DNA of 64,000 nt from positions 1-64,000 of the forward strand of contig RHPI01001507.1 in the NCBI GenBank assembly GCA_009103225.1, in the 5' to 3' direction. Under the pieces are notes generated by a model. It was given only the letters and a program-made list of their open reading frames with translations, did no database searches and was not told where the DNA came from. The DNA comes from Chlorokybus atmophyticus. Lineage: Eukaryota > Plantae > Mesostigma and Chlorokybus algae. A program made the translations under genes and the position numbers. This document shows, piece after piece, positions 1 through 11,400 of the stretch (positions are counted from its first letter, which is position 1; each line of letters starts with the position of its first letter).

Positions 1-105
1 CCGACGATGCCATCTTGCTAAGTCCGGACCTAGTGCTCGTCCTTACGACCTTCTACTCCTGTGTGGAGGGTCGATGCTGATCGTACGTAAGAATGACTCT
101 CAACA
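1..105 (-). mobile_element. 5' part of a Ty1/copia LTR in inverted orientation, same family as 783-5690, cut by the window edge
   Basis: The reverse complement of 1-105 reads TGTTGAGAGTCATTCTTACGTACGATCAGC...ATGGCATCGTCGG and matches the first 105 nt of the LTR at 783 with about 4 substitutions. It has a canonical TG start. No PPT precedes it, so it is a 5' or solo LTR. Confidence 0.9.
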
Positions 106-438
106 CGCCGCTCTCGGCATAAGTTTTCTGCACCGGTAGCGGCACAATGATTGACGATCTGTTAACGGATCGCTAGTCTCGTGCCGTGATCGGGATGTGG
201 AACCTTGTACCGATCACGGCATCAGCTCTGTTGTGCCGACTTCAGCTTGGACTGTCTTGTGCCGTCAATGGCACAAGGGAGCAAAGGCGCCGACGCCGGC
301 ACAAGACTGCAGTCTGCGTACCGACCGCGGACGGCTTTTTTTACCAGGAAGTCCCGACGGCACAGCCTGGTTGTGCCGTCTGCGCCGAAGAAGTTGACTG
401 CTTGTGCCGTGAACGGCACGCACTGCAGGCGCCATGTG
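106..438. mobile_element. Right end and subterminal region of a CAC-terminated (CACTA/EnSpm-like) DNA transposon
   Basis: About 10 copies of (TT)GTGCCG/CGGCAC(AA), often paired as hairpins (CTTGTGCC-gtcaat-GGCACAAG; GACGGCACA-gcctggt-TGTGCCGTC). It ends ...CATGTG at 438; the reverse complement CACATGGCGCCTGCA resembles the terminus CACATCGCCTGCA at 49441. Homology to the mTERF-like repeat family resumes at 439. Confidence 0.55.
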
Positions 439-782
439 GTGCTAGTTAGCTGACACGTCAAGCTAAAACAATGCAGTGTCTCGGCAGTTGTACTACTCAT
501 GTGCACGACCTTACTAACATTGTGGTTGAACTTCCTCACGGGCACAACGCACCAAACACAAAGTGAATGCGATGACTTTTGTGCCCGGGCACAGGTAGCG
601 CTGAGCTGGTATGGAGTAACATCAGCTGCTGCCCCATAGCCTACCCGTAAGAGGATGGTGCCACTTAATGCACTTGCCCCTACAGCCCGCACCACACTCT
701 ACGTAAGCTGTTTCCTCTTCCGCCGCCCATTCCGAGGACAACATCGCCAATGATAACAGCTCCTGGGCGGCATGCTTGTCGC

Positions 783-1207
783 TATTGAGAGTCATTCCTA
801 CATACGATCAGCATCGACCCTCCACACAGGAGTAGAAGGTCGTAAGGACGAGCACTAGGTCCGGACTTAGCAAGATGGCGTCGTCGGACCAGACTCCGGA
901 CTCCAGACAGGAGCCTTACTAACTGCTTCGTATCTCCGCGTATACTTACTCATATTAGACGTGTGAGAGCTTGTTGAAAAGCTCTGGTTGTAAGAAAGAC
1001 AACGCAGCTTAGAGCGCGTCAAACGGCTGAGTATAGCTTACGCAGTGCTTGCAAACGTAGACGTGTGTGTAACTGGCTGGTATAAGAACCAGCGGACAAC
1101 TTGTAATAGATGAATGTGATGTGACTTGTGTATGCTCTGGTGGCGGTAGCTCTGTCTCTGTGTGTCTATGCTTGCCTCAACTACATGTGCATGCTAGTCC
1201 TTCAACA
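783..1207 (+). repeat. 5' LTR of the copia element (TATTGA...TCAACA)
   Basis: Direct repeat of 5266-5690, followed immediately by the PBS. Confidence 0.97.
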
Positions 1208-1220
1208 GGTTATGGGCCCA
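1208..1220 (+). promoter_or_regulatory. Primer-binding site GGTTATGGGCCCA
   Basis: Complementary to the anticodon-arm sequence TGGGCCCATAACC of initiator tRNA-Met. This is the half-tRNA priming known for Drosophila copia and Volvox Osser. Confidence 0.9.
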
Positions 1221-1335
1221 CACTACGCTTGAGGAGTGTGAGACTAGCTTGTGTGCATAGTTGTTCTACACTACGGTAGCTTGTTGGTAGCAGAGCCTTG
1301 GGTATCAACTGCAAGTGAAGGCAGGCACGACAGAG

Positions 1336-4300
1336 ATGGAGGCGACCTACGACAAGGGGCAGATTGCAAAGCTGGACACCGACAACTACAACACATGGTG
1401 CGTGGAGATGAAGGCCTTGCTCATCCACAAGAAGGTGTGGAAGTACGTTGATCCGAAGGCACCACCACCAACACCAGGAGCGAACACTGTGTGGTCAGAG
1501 CATTCAGCAGAAGCACACTCTTTGCTTGTGTTGAACAGCAAACCGCATCACTTTCCCATGCTCACTGCATGTGAAGATGGTAGACAAGCTTGGGAAAAGC
1601 TATCAGCCGTTTTCAGAGCCAAGAACAATGCCAGAAAGTTGCATCTACGCAAGCAGCTCAGCGCACTCAGGAAGGAGGCAGCAGAACCCATCACAAAGTA
1701 TGTTGCGCGCGCGAGAGAGCTGTGGGCGGACCTCATCAACGTCGGCCACAACATGGGGGAGACGGAGGTAGTGCTGGCCATTGTTGCAGGGCTACCAGCA
1801 GAGTACGAGGTCGTCGCAACCCTGCTGGAGACGTCATCATCGGAGTTGACGTTGGACGATGTGCTACCGAAGCTGCTCACCGTGGAGCAGAGGGTTGTGA
1901 AGAAGGACGAGCAAGCGGATGCCGTCGCCTTCTACACCGGCAAGCACGCAAAGAAGAGCAACCATGAAGAGAAGTACAAGGGCAACAAGCCAGGCAATCC
2001 TCGTCACAAAGACCTCACATGCCACTGGTGTGGTTGGAAGGGGCACATTGTGAAGGACTGTAGGAAGAAACAACAGGGGCAACCTAGAGCAAGCACCAGC
2101 AACAGCGGCAACGAGCACCAACACAAGGAGAAACATGTCGCCTTCACTGCATCCAGTTCGAGGGCGGGCACAGCTTTCTGGGTGGTGGACTCTGGCTGCG
2201 ATCGTCATCTCACACCAAACAAGGAGGTGATGGAGGGCTACAGGAAGCTGACGTCCACAATCAAGGTGGCGGGCTTCGGTGGCGAAGTACTGGTGGCTGA
2301 GGGAGTTGGCAACGTACGACTCCAGTGCAAGGTTGGTAACACACTACGCGAGGTGTTGTTACGCAACGTCCTGCATGTTCCTAAGGCTATTGCGAGTCTA
2401 TTCTCTGTGAGGGTTGCGGAGCGCTTAGGCGCGGAGATCCTATTTCGGAAGGGTGGCTGCTCAGTCATCCTTGATGGGGTCGTGCACATGGTTGGAATCG
2501 CTGATCCGGGAGGGCTCTACCACGTGGAGCAGCCTCAAGACAGAGACATTCAAGCCATGGTGGTGAAGGACAAGGAGTCGCCAACATTGTGGCATCGAAG
2601 GTTCGGGCATCTCAGCTACGTCAACCTCACTCGCCTTGTCGCTGAGAAGATGGTCAAGGGCATCCATCTCAGCACAGAAGAACTCAAGAATGCATCAGGT
2701 GCACTTTGTGAACCATGCCTGGTTGCAAAGCAGCATGCTATGCCATTCCCATCATCCTCTTCTAGCAGTCAGCATCCTTGCGAGCTTGTGCACATGGATG
2801 TCTGTGGCCCTATGCGCATTGTGGCGAAGGGAGGGGCCAGGTACTTTGCTACATTCCTCGACGACTACAGCAAGCTGTCCATCATCTTTCCATTGACGCT
2901 CAAGTCAGAAGTTGCTGGAGCTGTGCGCACAGTTGTGGCCTTGTTGGAGACCCAGTCTGGCAACAAGATGAAGGCAATGAGGAGTGATCGAGGAGGGGAG
3001 TACATCAACAAGGAGTTGAAGGAGTTCTTCGCCAGCAAGGGCATACGCCACGAGACAACGGCACCCTACACCCCGCAGCAGAATGGAGCAGCTGAACGCC
3101 TCAACAGGACACTCTTGGAGCGTGTTCGAGCCATGCTCAACGACACAAAGATGGAAGACAGTTTGTGGAAGGAGGCGGTACTCACTGCCAACTACATCCG
3201 CAACAGGTCTCCGGTGAGCTCAGAGCAGAAGACTCCGTGGGAGCACTTCTATGGAGCCACACCAGATGTGAGTGGTATGCGTGTGTTTGGATGCACGGCA
3301 TATGCACTAGTGCCTAAACAGCTCAGGCACAAGCTGGAGCCGGTCAGCAAGAAGGGCATCTTCGTTGGCTATGAACCGGGTTCCAAGGCTTACAGGATCT
3401 TGCTCGAGGACACTCAGAAGATCATCGTGAGCAGAGAGGTGGTTTTCCACGAGGGATTATCACAACCAGAAGCAGGCTTCTTTCCTGAAGATGAAGCACA
3501 GCCGGAGCATCCTGAAACAGTGGAGGCTACAGGCAAGGCCATCATCGACGATAAGGGTGAGCAGGACTCCACTGTAGCAGACAAGCAGTCGCACCTGCAG
3601 CAGGAGCACGCAGCTCGGAGATACCCAGTGAGGGAGAGAAAGGCACCTGACTTCCTACACAAGGCACACGTCGCCAGTGTGCAGAATGAGGAGCCAAGCA
3701 CCTACGAGGAGGCATTGTTAGCACCAGATGCGGAGCAATGGCAGCGTGCTATGGACGAGGAGATTGCGTCACTCCATGCCAACAACACTTGGTCACTGGA
3801 GCAGTTACCGCAAGGAGTGAAGACCATTCCAGTGAAATGGGTCTTCAAGGTGAAGCGTGATGGTCAGGGCAACATTGAGCGCTACAAGGCAAGACTGGTG
3901 GCAAAGGGCTTCTTGCAGCAGGAAGGTGTGGACTTCAACGAAGTGTTTGCACCTGCAAGTAAGCATACCACCTTCCGTGCACTGCTAGCTATGGTTGCTG
4001 CTGAAGACCTAGAGCTGCATCACCTGGATGTGAAGACTGCCTTCCTCTACGGAGAGCTGGAGGAGGAGATCTTCATCGAGCAACCACCTGGATATGAAGA
4101 AGGGGAGAGAGGCACAGCGTGCAAGCTGATCAAGGCACTGTACGGGCTGCGACAGGCACCGCGTATGTGGCACATCAAGCTCACCAAGGAGCTGGAGGCA
4201 CTTGGCTTCACCGCATCCTCTGCAGACCCTGGGCTCTTCATCCATGCAGACAACAAGGTCTGGCTGCTCGTGTATGTTGATGATATCATCATCACCGCCA

Positions 4301-5223
4301 GGCAGGTGCACCACCTGCAGGAGACGAAACTTGCTCTACAGCAAGCATTCTCAGTTCGTGATCTTGGAGAGGCCAAGTGGTTCCTTGGCATGGTGATTGA
4401 GCGCGACAGGGCGGCTCGCACAATCAAGATCAGTCAGGAGCAGATGGTGAGAAGACTCGTCACCAAGTTTGGGCTCACTGAAGCGAAGACCAAGACCACA
4501 CCGTTGGCACTTGGCACTGCCCTCATCAAGGCAAAGGATGAGGAGGTACTCGACAAGGCTCAGTATCCATATGGTGAGCTGGTAGGCAGCATGCTCTATC
4601 TGGCAGTGTGCACACGTCCCGATGTTGCACATGCTGTGGGAGTACTTGCTCGCTACATGTCTGCACCGAGCATGGAGCACTGGAGAGCAGCAAAGGGAGT
4701 ACTACGCTATGTTGCTGGGAGCGCAACAGTTGGCATCAAGTTTGGGAGCGGGAGCACTGAGTTGGAGGGCTACTGCGACTCGGACTTTGCTGGTGACCTC
4801 AACAGCAGGAGGTCCACTACAGGCTACGTCTTCAAGCTGAACGGAGGCGTGGTGAGCTGGAACAGCAGGCTGCAGCCAACAACAGCAGCATCTACATCAG
4901 AGGCTGAGTATATGGCAGCGGCAGCAGCAGTGAAGGAGGCACTCTGGCTTCGCAAGCTCATGGCAGACTTGGAGCACCCCATGGCGTGCATCGTCATCAA
5001 CTGTGACAACCAAGGAGCCATCAAGTTGTTGAAGCATCCTATCGCCTCGGCAAGAACGAAGCACATTGATGTCATGCATCACTTTGTGCGTGACAGAGTC
5101 ACAAGAAAGGAGGTGGAGTTCCAGTACTGCAACACCGAACGCATGCTGGCGGACTTCATGACAAAGCCATTGTCACCACTCAAGTTCAAGACTTGTTGTG
5201 CAGGACTTGGCATCTGTGTTTGA
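1336..5223 (+). CDS. Copia Gag-Pol polyprotein (Gag, CCHC knuckle, protease, integrase, RT, RNase H)
   Basis: The open frame runs 1315-5223 with the first ATG at 1336. Motifs: CHWCGWKGHIVKDC; WVVDSGCDRH; LWHRRFGH...CEPC; LVHMDVCGP, DDYS, RSDRGGEY, PQQNGAAERLNRTL; YKARLVAKGF; LVYVDD; GYCDSDFAGD, CDNQGAI, RTKHIDV, ADFMTKPL. The PR-IN-RT-RH order is copia. Confidence 0.97.
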   Translation: MEATYDKGQIAKLDTDNYNTWCVEMKALLIHKKVWKYVDPKAPPPTPGANTVWSEHSAEAHSLLVLNSKPHHFPMLTACEDGRQAWEKLSAVFRAKNNARKLHLRKQLSALRKEAAEPITKYVARARELWADLINVGHNMGETEVVLAIVAGLPAEYEVVATLLETSSSELTLDDVLPKLLTVEQRVVKKDEQADAVAFYTGKHAKKSNHEEKYKGNKPGNPRHKDLTCHWCGWKGHIVKDCRKKQQGQPRASTSNSGNEHQHKEKHVAFTASSSRAGTAFWVVDSGCDRHLTPNKEVMEGYRKLTSTIKVAGFGGEVLVAEGVGNVRLQCKVGNTLREVLLRNVLHVPKAIASLFSVRVAERLGAEILFRKGGCSVILDGVVHMVGIADPGGLYHVEQPQDRDIQAMVVKDKESPTLWHRRFGHLSYVNLTRLVAEKMVKGIHLSTEELKNASGALCEPCLVAKQHAMPFPSSSSSSQHPCELVHMDVCGPMRIVAKGGARYFATFLDDYSKLSIIFPLTLKSEVAGAVRTVVALLETQSGNKMKAMRSDRGGEYINKELKEFFASKGIRHETTAPYTPQQNGAAERLNRTLLERVRAMLNDTKMEDSLWKEAVLTANYIRNRSPVSSEQKTPWEHFYGATPDVSGMRVFGCTAYALVPKQLRHKLEPVSKKGIFVGYEPGSKAYRILLEDTQKIIVSREVVFHEGLSQPEAGFFPEDEAQPEHPETVEATGKAIIDDKGEQDSTVADKQSHLQQEHAARRYPVRERKAPDFLHKAHVASVQNEEPSTYEEALLAPDAEQWQRAMDEEIASLHANNTWSLEQLPQGVKTIPVKWVFKVKRDGQGNIERYKARLVAKGFLQQEGVDFNEVFAPASKHTTFRALLAMVAAEDLELHHLDVKTAFLYGELEEEIFIEQPPGYEEGERGTACKLIKALYGLRQAPRMWHIKLTKELEALGFTASSADPGLFIHADNKVWLLVYVDDIIITARQVHHLQETKLALQQAFSVRDLGEAKWFLGMVIERDRAARTIKISQEQMVRRLVTKFGLTEAKTKTTPLALGTALIKAKDEEVLDKAQYPYGELVGSMLYLAVCTRPDVAHAVGVLARYMSAPSMEHWRAAKGVLRYVAGSATVGIKFGSGSTELEGYCDSDFAGDLNSRRSTTGYVFKLNGGVVSWNSRLQPTTAASTSEAEYMAAAAAVKEALWLRKLMADLEHPMACIVINCDNQGAIKLLKHPIASARTKHIDVMHHFVRDRVTRKEVEFQYCNTERMLADFMTKPLSPLKFKTCCAGLGICV

Positions 5224-5255
5224 CTACAGGAGCAAGCGTTGGAGGTCAAGCTGCT

Positions 5256-5265
5256 CGCGTGGGAG
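5256..5265 (+). promoter_or_regulatory. Short polypurine tract (CGCGTGGGAG) before the 3' LTR
   Basis: Abuts the 3' LTR. The same 10-mer abuts the 3' LTR of the second copia (reverse complement at 61868-61877). Confidence 0.75.
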
Positions 5266-5690
5266 TATTGAGAGTCATTCCTACATACGATCAGCATCGA
5301 CCCTCCACACAGGAGTAGAAGGTCGTAAGGACGAGCACTAGGTCCGGACTTAGCAAGATGGCGTCGTCGGACCAGACTCCGGACTCCAGACAGGAGCCTT
5401 ACTAACTGCTTCGTATCTCCGCGTATACTTACTCATATTAGACGTGTGAGAGCTTGTTGAAAAGCTCTGGTTGTAAGAAAGACAACGCAGCTTAGAGCGC
5501 GTCAAACGGCTGAGTATAGCTTACGCAGTGCTTGCAAACGTAGACGTGTGTGTAACTGGCTGGTATAAGAACCAGCGGACAACTTGTAATAGATGAATGT
5601 GATGTGACTTGTGTATGCTCTGGTGGCGGTAGCTCTGTCTCTGTGTGTCTATGCTTGCCTCGACTACATGTGCATGCTAGTCCTTCAACA
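5266..5690 (+). repeat. 3' LTR of the copia element
   Basis: Direct repeat of 783-1207, followed by TSD GTCGC. Confidence 0.97.
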
Positions 5691-8429
5691 GTCGCTGCCT
5701 CCTGCACCAACAAGCACCAGCAGGCACAGCAACCACCGCCACCGCCCACGTCGTGGACAACCACATTGACATGCGACAGCACGCACACTATTGCTGTAAT
5801 TGGTAGTGGCGGTGTTATGGGCGGCAAGGGCGGTGGATCTAGTGGTGGCGGGAGCCATGCACGCCAGTTGCCTGTTTGTGGGTGGCGCGGGCATGGCCAC
5901 CGAGGACGGCGGGATGCCCCGCAGGCATGCATGCAGGGCTTGCCTGACATGACAAGACAGCAGCAGAATCAGGCAACCCTGCTAAGTGGTATGCCATGCA
6001 ACTGGTGTACTACTTGATCAGCTTGATTGCGTAGCTCACAATGTGCATATGTGATACGCGCAGTCTACGAGCTGCATGTGTTATAGATAATTTAGCAAGA
6101 CAATGCATATCATGTGCAGGCTACATGTATGTCATGTGCTGCATGTGTCGCACCCCCTACAGAGCAATAGGTTACTCAGCGTGTGTTCGTCATTGCTCAA
6201 CAGCGCTTTTGTTGCGAGCGCCAAAGCAATAAGACAAATGTCTATTATAGACAGTACACTCGTGCTTTCAAGTCGTTTGGCTTGCAATCGACTGCAGCCT
6301 GCCACATGCTGCATGCATTTTTTGATGACGAATACCTGTTGCATGCTGTTTGCTCCACATGCAGTGCTGCATACGTCGCCTCTGCTTGAAGTGTGTCCTG
6401 TTGAAGCACACCACCTAACCAAGCTTTGATAGGCAGAGCCTGTGCTGCACTGCAGTGGAGTGCAAGTCGCTATGTACATTTACAGTCCACAGAAATAGGT
6501 TGGGTTGCAGTAATTGTACAACTAACAGTTTCTATGCGTGCTCTGACAGTGTCGTCAGCAACGCTGAAAACGAACAGGGAAATTGCTCATGCTGCGTCGA
6601 GTTTGGTGCCGAATTGATGGCAGTAATGCAATTCAGTGCCATGGTAGAATTCTGACAATTATGTTTTCGCTGCAGCATCCTTAAGCACTGCTTTACAGCT
6701 GGTTGGGTGTTCTACGTCAGCTATAGCTCACATTCCACTTGTACTTCCATCATGGGTTCAACCTGCCTTATTCAGCACTCTCCGTGCAGCGTGTCAAAGG
6801 TTAAAGCTAGTAAGACTAAACAACCATACATTAACCGCTTGTCGTAAGCTTTTGTTTTGTCAACATGGCTTGTGGCGTGATGCCACGTGGCTTGTTGCCG
6901 ACTGTTTGCCAGTGCCAACCCCGGCATTATCTCACAAAGTAGGCAGAGAGCTGTTACAGTCTGAGTCACAACACCTCATATGCACGACTTCGTTTACAAG
7001 TGAGCTGCACGGCACTGTCACACATCGTGTCTTCTTTCAGCTCGTGTGCTGTGTGGCCCATGTTACGCACACAAATTACAAAAAGCATCATCAGCAAACA
7101 AAAACAGCAGATCGATTGGTCACACATTATATGCAACGCAACTCTCCACGATCATGACGAGGGTGACGGCAATGCGGTCAGCTGCTTGGCGTGAGACATA
7201 TGGTAGCGTCAACTCGCAATCGCTTGGCTTTGAGTACCTGTTACCAATTGTTACGATTACAAGTTGCTAGCAAGAAAGAGGGGCAGCGCTTTGTTTGCCC
7301 CTATGCCTATGTCAGAAAGTGCGCAGAACGTTATGTACCAGATTTGGCGGGATTACTCTCTTTGTCCACAACAAGTGGAGCTGCTGTTCAGAAGAGGCAG
7401 GACCAGGTCTTTGTTTTGCAGCCGTGCTAAGCTTGAACGACATATGCATGAGGTATGCTGTGACTGAGGCCAAAACTTTAGCACTTTGTGTTTGTGTGGT
7501 CGACATACTTGATCCTCAACGTGTGGTCAACCAATTGCATCACTTATGCAGAAATTGTTTCCTGCTGCATGCACGACAAGATGGGGCTGGCCTGATCTGT
7601 TTAAGAGGTCTTCTGAGAATCTTGCCACAAAAGCCGGCGCTGATTGCCATTTTAAGAGTTTAAATGACGATAAACTTGTTGCCATGGTGCACAACACTCC
7701 TCGTGTGCTGTTACGGCCGCCAAAAGTTGTGGCTAAATTTTTATAAATTAGCGGACTTTTCTCGGAATTGACCATGCACAGATTGTCCATTTGCTTCAAT
7801 GTTGCCAATCGATACTTGTCTGTGACTACACAGCCGTGCGCAGCAAATTGCAGACTTTCATGGACTCGTTAGAAGCCTATGAGCCTAGGCAACAAGGGCC
7901 TTGCAATGCGGCTTCTTTTTTAATAATCTAAACATGATTGTCCGGATATTCCGTAAAGGAGCTGAGTAACGCTGCAACCTGTTAGCAACCGACATCAGCA
8001 TGGTGGAGCGCAGCTCATAGACGTTGCCAACTTGAAGCCAACATGAACTTCGTATGACACTCTCAACCGCGACACAGAGACGCACACCGCTAGACAATCA
8101 ATGGTCCGTGCCGCCATACCGAAATATCCCCCTACCAAGTGAAGTTTACGGTCCATGTATGGTCCGTTTGTCATCGACAGTCGGACCATGCAGGGTCCGA
8201 ATTTCACGTCCTAGGTCCCCATGTCCCTTGGTACGCACCATGGCTGGTGCGCGGACCTTTACATCAGCTTATGTGAGAAGACCATGCATGGTGCGCGATT
8301 TTCATTACCGGGTAATCCATGTGAGTCAATGTAAATTCGGGACCATTGCTGGTGCGTTCTGGCTGGTTGCAGCCGGACCACGAGACAATAGACCGATGGC
8401 GGTTGAAATAGAATGGACTAATCATGCTT

Positions 8430-11400
8430 TTGACGGTTAACCGCAGTCAGCTGCAGCAACTTGAAGTAAATTACGCCGCTGACCGCGGTTTGGCCGCCTC
8501 TGCTGGTGGCCTGGCGGGCGGCCTGGTGCTCCATACCAAGAGCACCAAGCCACGCCGCTGGGCTGGTCATGCTGGCCTGGTGGCGACCAGGCCAAGGGCT
8601 TTGCGGTCGCCAGGCAGTAGCCACGGCTTGCACCGCCGCTGGCTTCGTTGACAACCACTAGGCTAGGCATGAAGGCCTGGTGGACATCACCAGGGTATAG
8701 TGGCAATCACAAACACTGATGCATATGCACAGCATGCAAGCACAACGACACATGTGATAGACTACACAGAGCCAACTACTAGAAACTGCATGTAAGCATG
8801 CAGCAGCCACATAGCATCATAAAGAAGCGTCAAACAAGAAGTGTAGCACAGTTGTAAAGCATCAATTAATGTGTTTGCAGCTGTATTTATCAAACCACAC
8901 ATGCCTAGGCCTACACATGTAAGACATCATATCATAGAAGCAAATCACACATCACTACTTGGTCTACACACATACAGCCACACACATGCACGCATGCAAG
9001 TGTTGCAACAGGCCACAGTCGGCAGCTGATAAGCATGCAGAAACACAAGCACACCACAAGGTGTTACCTGATTGATTTTGTAACCGCTCCTCATGCTCTC
9101 CCATGAACGCTGCCACCCCTTGGCTAGTGGTGGACAGGTCGCGCACATGTTCGCATATGCGCGTGAGGCAGTAATTGACAGCCAATAGTTTACAATCACA
9201 AGTTACAAGCACACTACATGTTGTCGTAATAAATCTTGTACCTGGTGTTTGTTGTACTGACTGCTTTTCCTTCTCACCCACAATTGCTATCGCATCTTGA
9301 AAGAGCAGCGCCTGCACATGTGCATGTTTGAGCATGCGCATGTGTGTGACGTGACAATTGGCAGTCCAGATATTGTGCGACTGTAAAGCAAGCACTAGAG
9401 TTACTACCTGCTACTTAACGTTAGTGTACCCTTGTCATTCTCGGTGCTGCACATCATAATGGCCAGGCCTGCACATGTGCGTGTAAGCATGCATTCGCAA
9501 GTCTGCGTCGTACTGTGCTTATGGCATACGAACCAGCTTGCATGTAATTGTGAGCGCGCTTGTCATGTTCGCAAGTAGCTTATGCAGAAGTGCACACGCA
9601 CGTGTGCGCAATTGTCAGCAGCTACAACAGTCCTCTCGTCGGGGGCTGTCGGAATGACAGTCCTTCCGACCCCCCCCCCCCCCCCCCCCCCCNNNNNNNN
9701 NCCCCCCCCCCCCCCCCCCGACTGTTGATAGGACTGTTGGCTGCTGACAGTCGCGCACGTGTCTTATGGTTGTGGTTTTGAACGCTGGTGGTGAGGTTAC
9801 ATGTACATGTTGATCTATGCTTGGCAGGCACTTGGACGCACGCATACTCACACGCAGACGCGCGTAGGGTCATCACAAGTGGGATGAGACAGTACCTTGG
9901 TAGCAGCCCGTCATTCCTGTTGTATGCGCAGCCTGCGCGCAGACTTTCTTGAGTGCATTCACTTCTATATGCCTGTGCACGTGTGTCGTGTGGGTGGCAG
10001 GGGGTGCTCGTGTGCATACACTGTGTGAATACACATGTGCGTGTACGTGTGTGTAGAAGGATGCGGTGTCACCTCGGCTGGTGGGCAAGATCTGCACATG
10101 TGTCCTGCATATGTGCGCATGTAACATGCAATATGTAATGTGCGCACGCGCGGGGGCGACAGGTTACAGTCGACAGCCGATAGCCACACAGGGCAGCTCA
10201 CCTCCTGCATAGCCTTGTGCACGCGCTCCTCATTCCCTCCCCAGCCCTGAATACCTTGGGTAGTGAGCAAGGCCCGTGAATGCGTGCGCGTGTGCTCGCT
10301 CGTGAGACGACAGTGCTTGTGGATGTGTGCATGTGCCTCCATGTGCTCGACTTGACTTGACATGTCCCACAGGGCCTGCTGGTGGAAACACACACTTAGT
10401 CAGTGGCAGCAGGACTGTTGATAATCCCAATTACACGCACACTTGACTACTGACAGCCAGGGCTTTTAACACACATGCAGTCTATAGGTTGTTGACAGTC
10501 GGGTATGTCAGCGCGCGCATACGCATGCGCGCACACATGGGAGTGTCTGCTTTTACCAGGCCTTGAAAACATGGAAGCTAGCGCATGCGCATGCGCATAC
10601 ACGCGCACGTGCACGCAGACATGCGCGTGCCTATTTGTGGAGCGCCTCATATGCACCATCAGCCGGGCTGATGGCGTATATGTGTATGAGAGGCTATCAC
10701 ACACCACAATAAGTTAGAGGGCAGAATTTGCAGACTTTGTGCGCACCTTGCTGGTGGTTGGAACGGCAGTCGAGACCTGGACTGTTGACAGTGGAGATCT
10801 CGACTGTTGACAGTCGAGGGCTGTCGAGGCAAGGGCTGTTGGGTGGGTGGATCGACAGTCCGCGACTGTTGACAACCCATGGTGATAGTCAACCTGGAGG
10901 GCTGGCAACTGGCATGCGAAGGGTTGCTGTGATGTTGGTGATGGAAGGGGCAGGGGGGGAAGGGACCATTGGGTGAGAGGGGGAACGAGGGGAGGGAGGG
11001 AGGGAGAGGGATGGTGAGTGGGGTATCGAGAGTATGCATGCTGGTGCATATGGCGGGCCGGGGGGGCGCGTGCGTGCGCTCAGATCACGCGAATGCGTGC
11101 AAGTGTGCGCTCACACTCACATCACACACATGCACGCACCTTTGACCCTTGAGAGTCCACCTCTGCGCGGGTACTGAGTCTGAATATATTTGGCTTGCCG
11201 CTGAGCAGAGCATTGTTGCTCAGCGCTGCACGCTCCAAGGCATGGTAGCATGCAAGACCCTCAGCACACCAATCAGTAGCAAGCCGAAAATTGAGTAAAT
11301 CATAGCACAACGGCATCAGCTCGCAGCCACGCAGCAGTGTGTGCATGGACAAGTGTCTCAGACACGCACATACGCGCACCCGCACACCCACACGTATGCA

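Larger units (their letters stand above)
783..5690 (+). mobile_element. Full-length, young Ty1/copia LTR retrotransposon (Hemivirus/Osser-like priming)
   Basis: 425-bp LTRs at 783-1207 and 5266-5690 with a single difference seen (A1179 vs G5662). 5-bp TSD GTCGC at 778-782 and 5691-5695. PBS, PPT and one uninterrupted gag-pol ORF are present. Confidence 0.98.
439..8082 (+). pseudogene. mTERF-like helical-repeat gene, copy A (split by the copia at 783-5690 and by the large element at 8083)
   Basis: Collinear homology to copies at 21.3-24.9 kb, 25.4-30.2 kb, 40.9-44.8 kb and 45.9-49.4 kb. One exon reads ...SESAQNVMYQIWRDYSLCPQQVELLFRRGRTRSLFCSRAKLERHMHE|gtatgc. The next reads MQKLFP...WPDLFKRSSENL...SLNDDKLVAMVHNTPRVLL, followed by stops and frameshifts. 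Confidence 0.65.

Noticed and set aside
1548-5297. Antisense and alternative-frame ORFs within the copia ORF
   Set aside because: These are shadow frames of a long coding sequence with no independent motifs.
8092-8355. Spaced palindromic repeats resembling a CRISPR array
   Set aside because: The repeats are only 16 bp and degenerate, and the spacing is irregular (33-61 nt). The spacers are conserved in the second copy at 49441, there are no cas genes and the context is eukaryotic. Transposon subterminal repeats explain them better.
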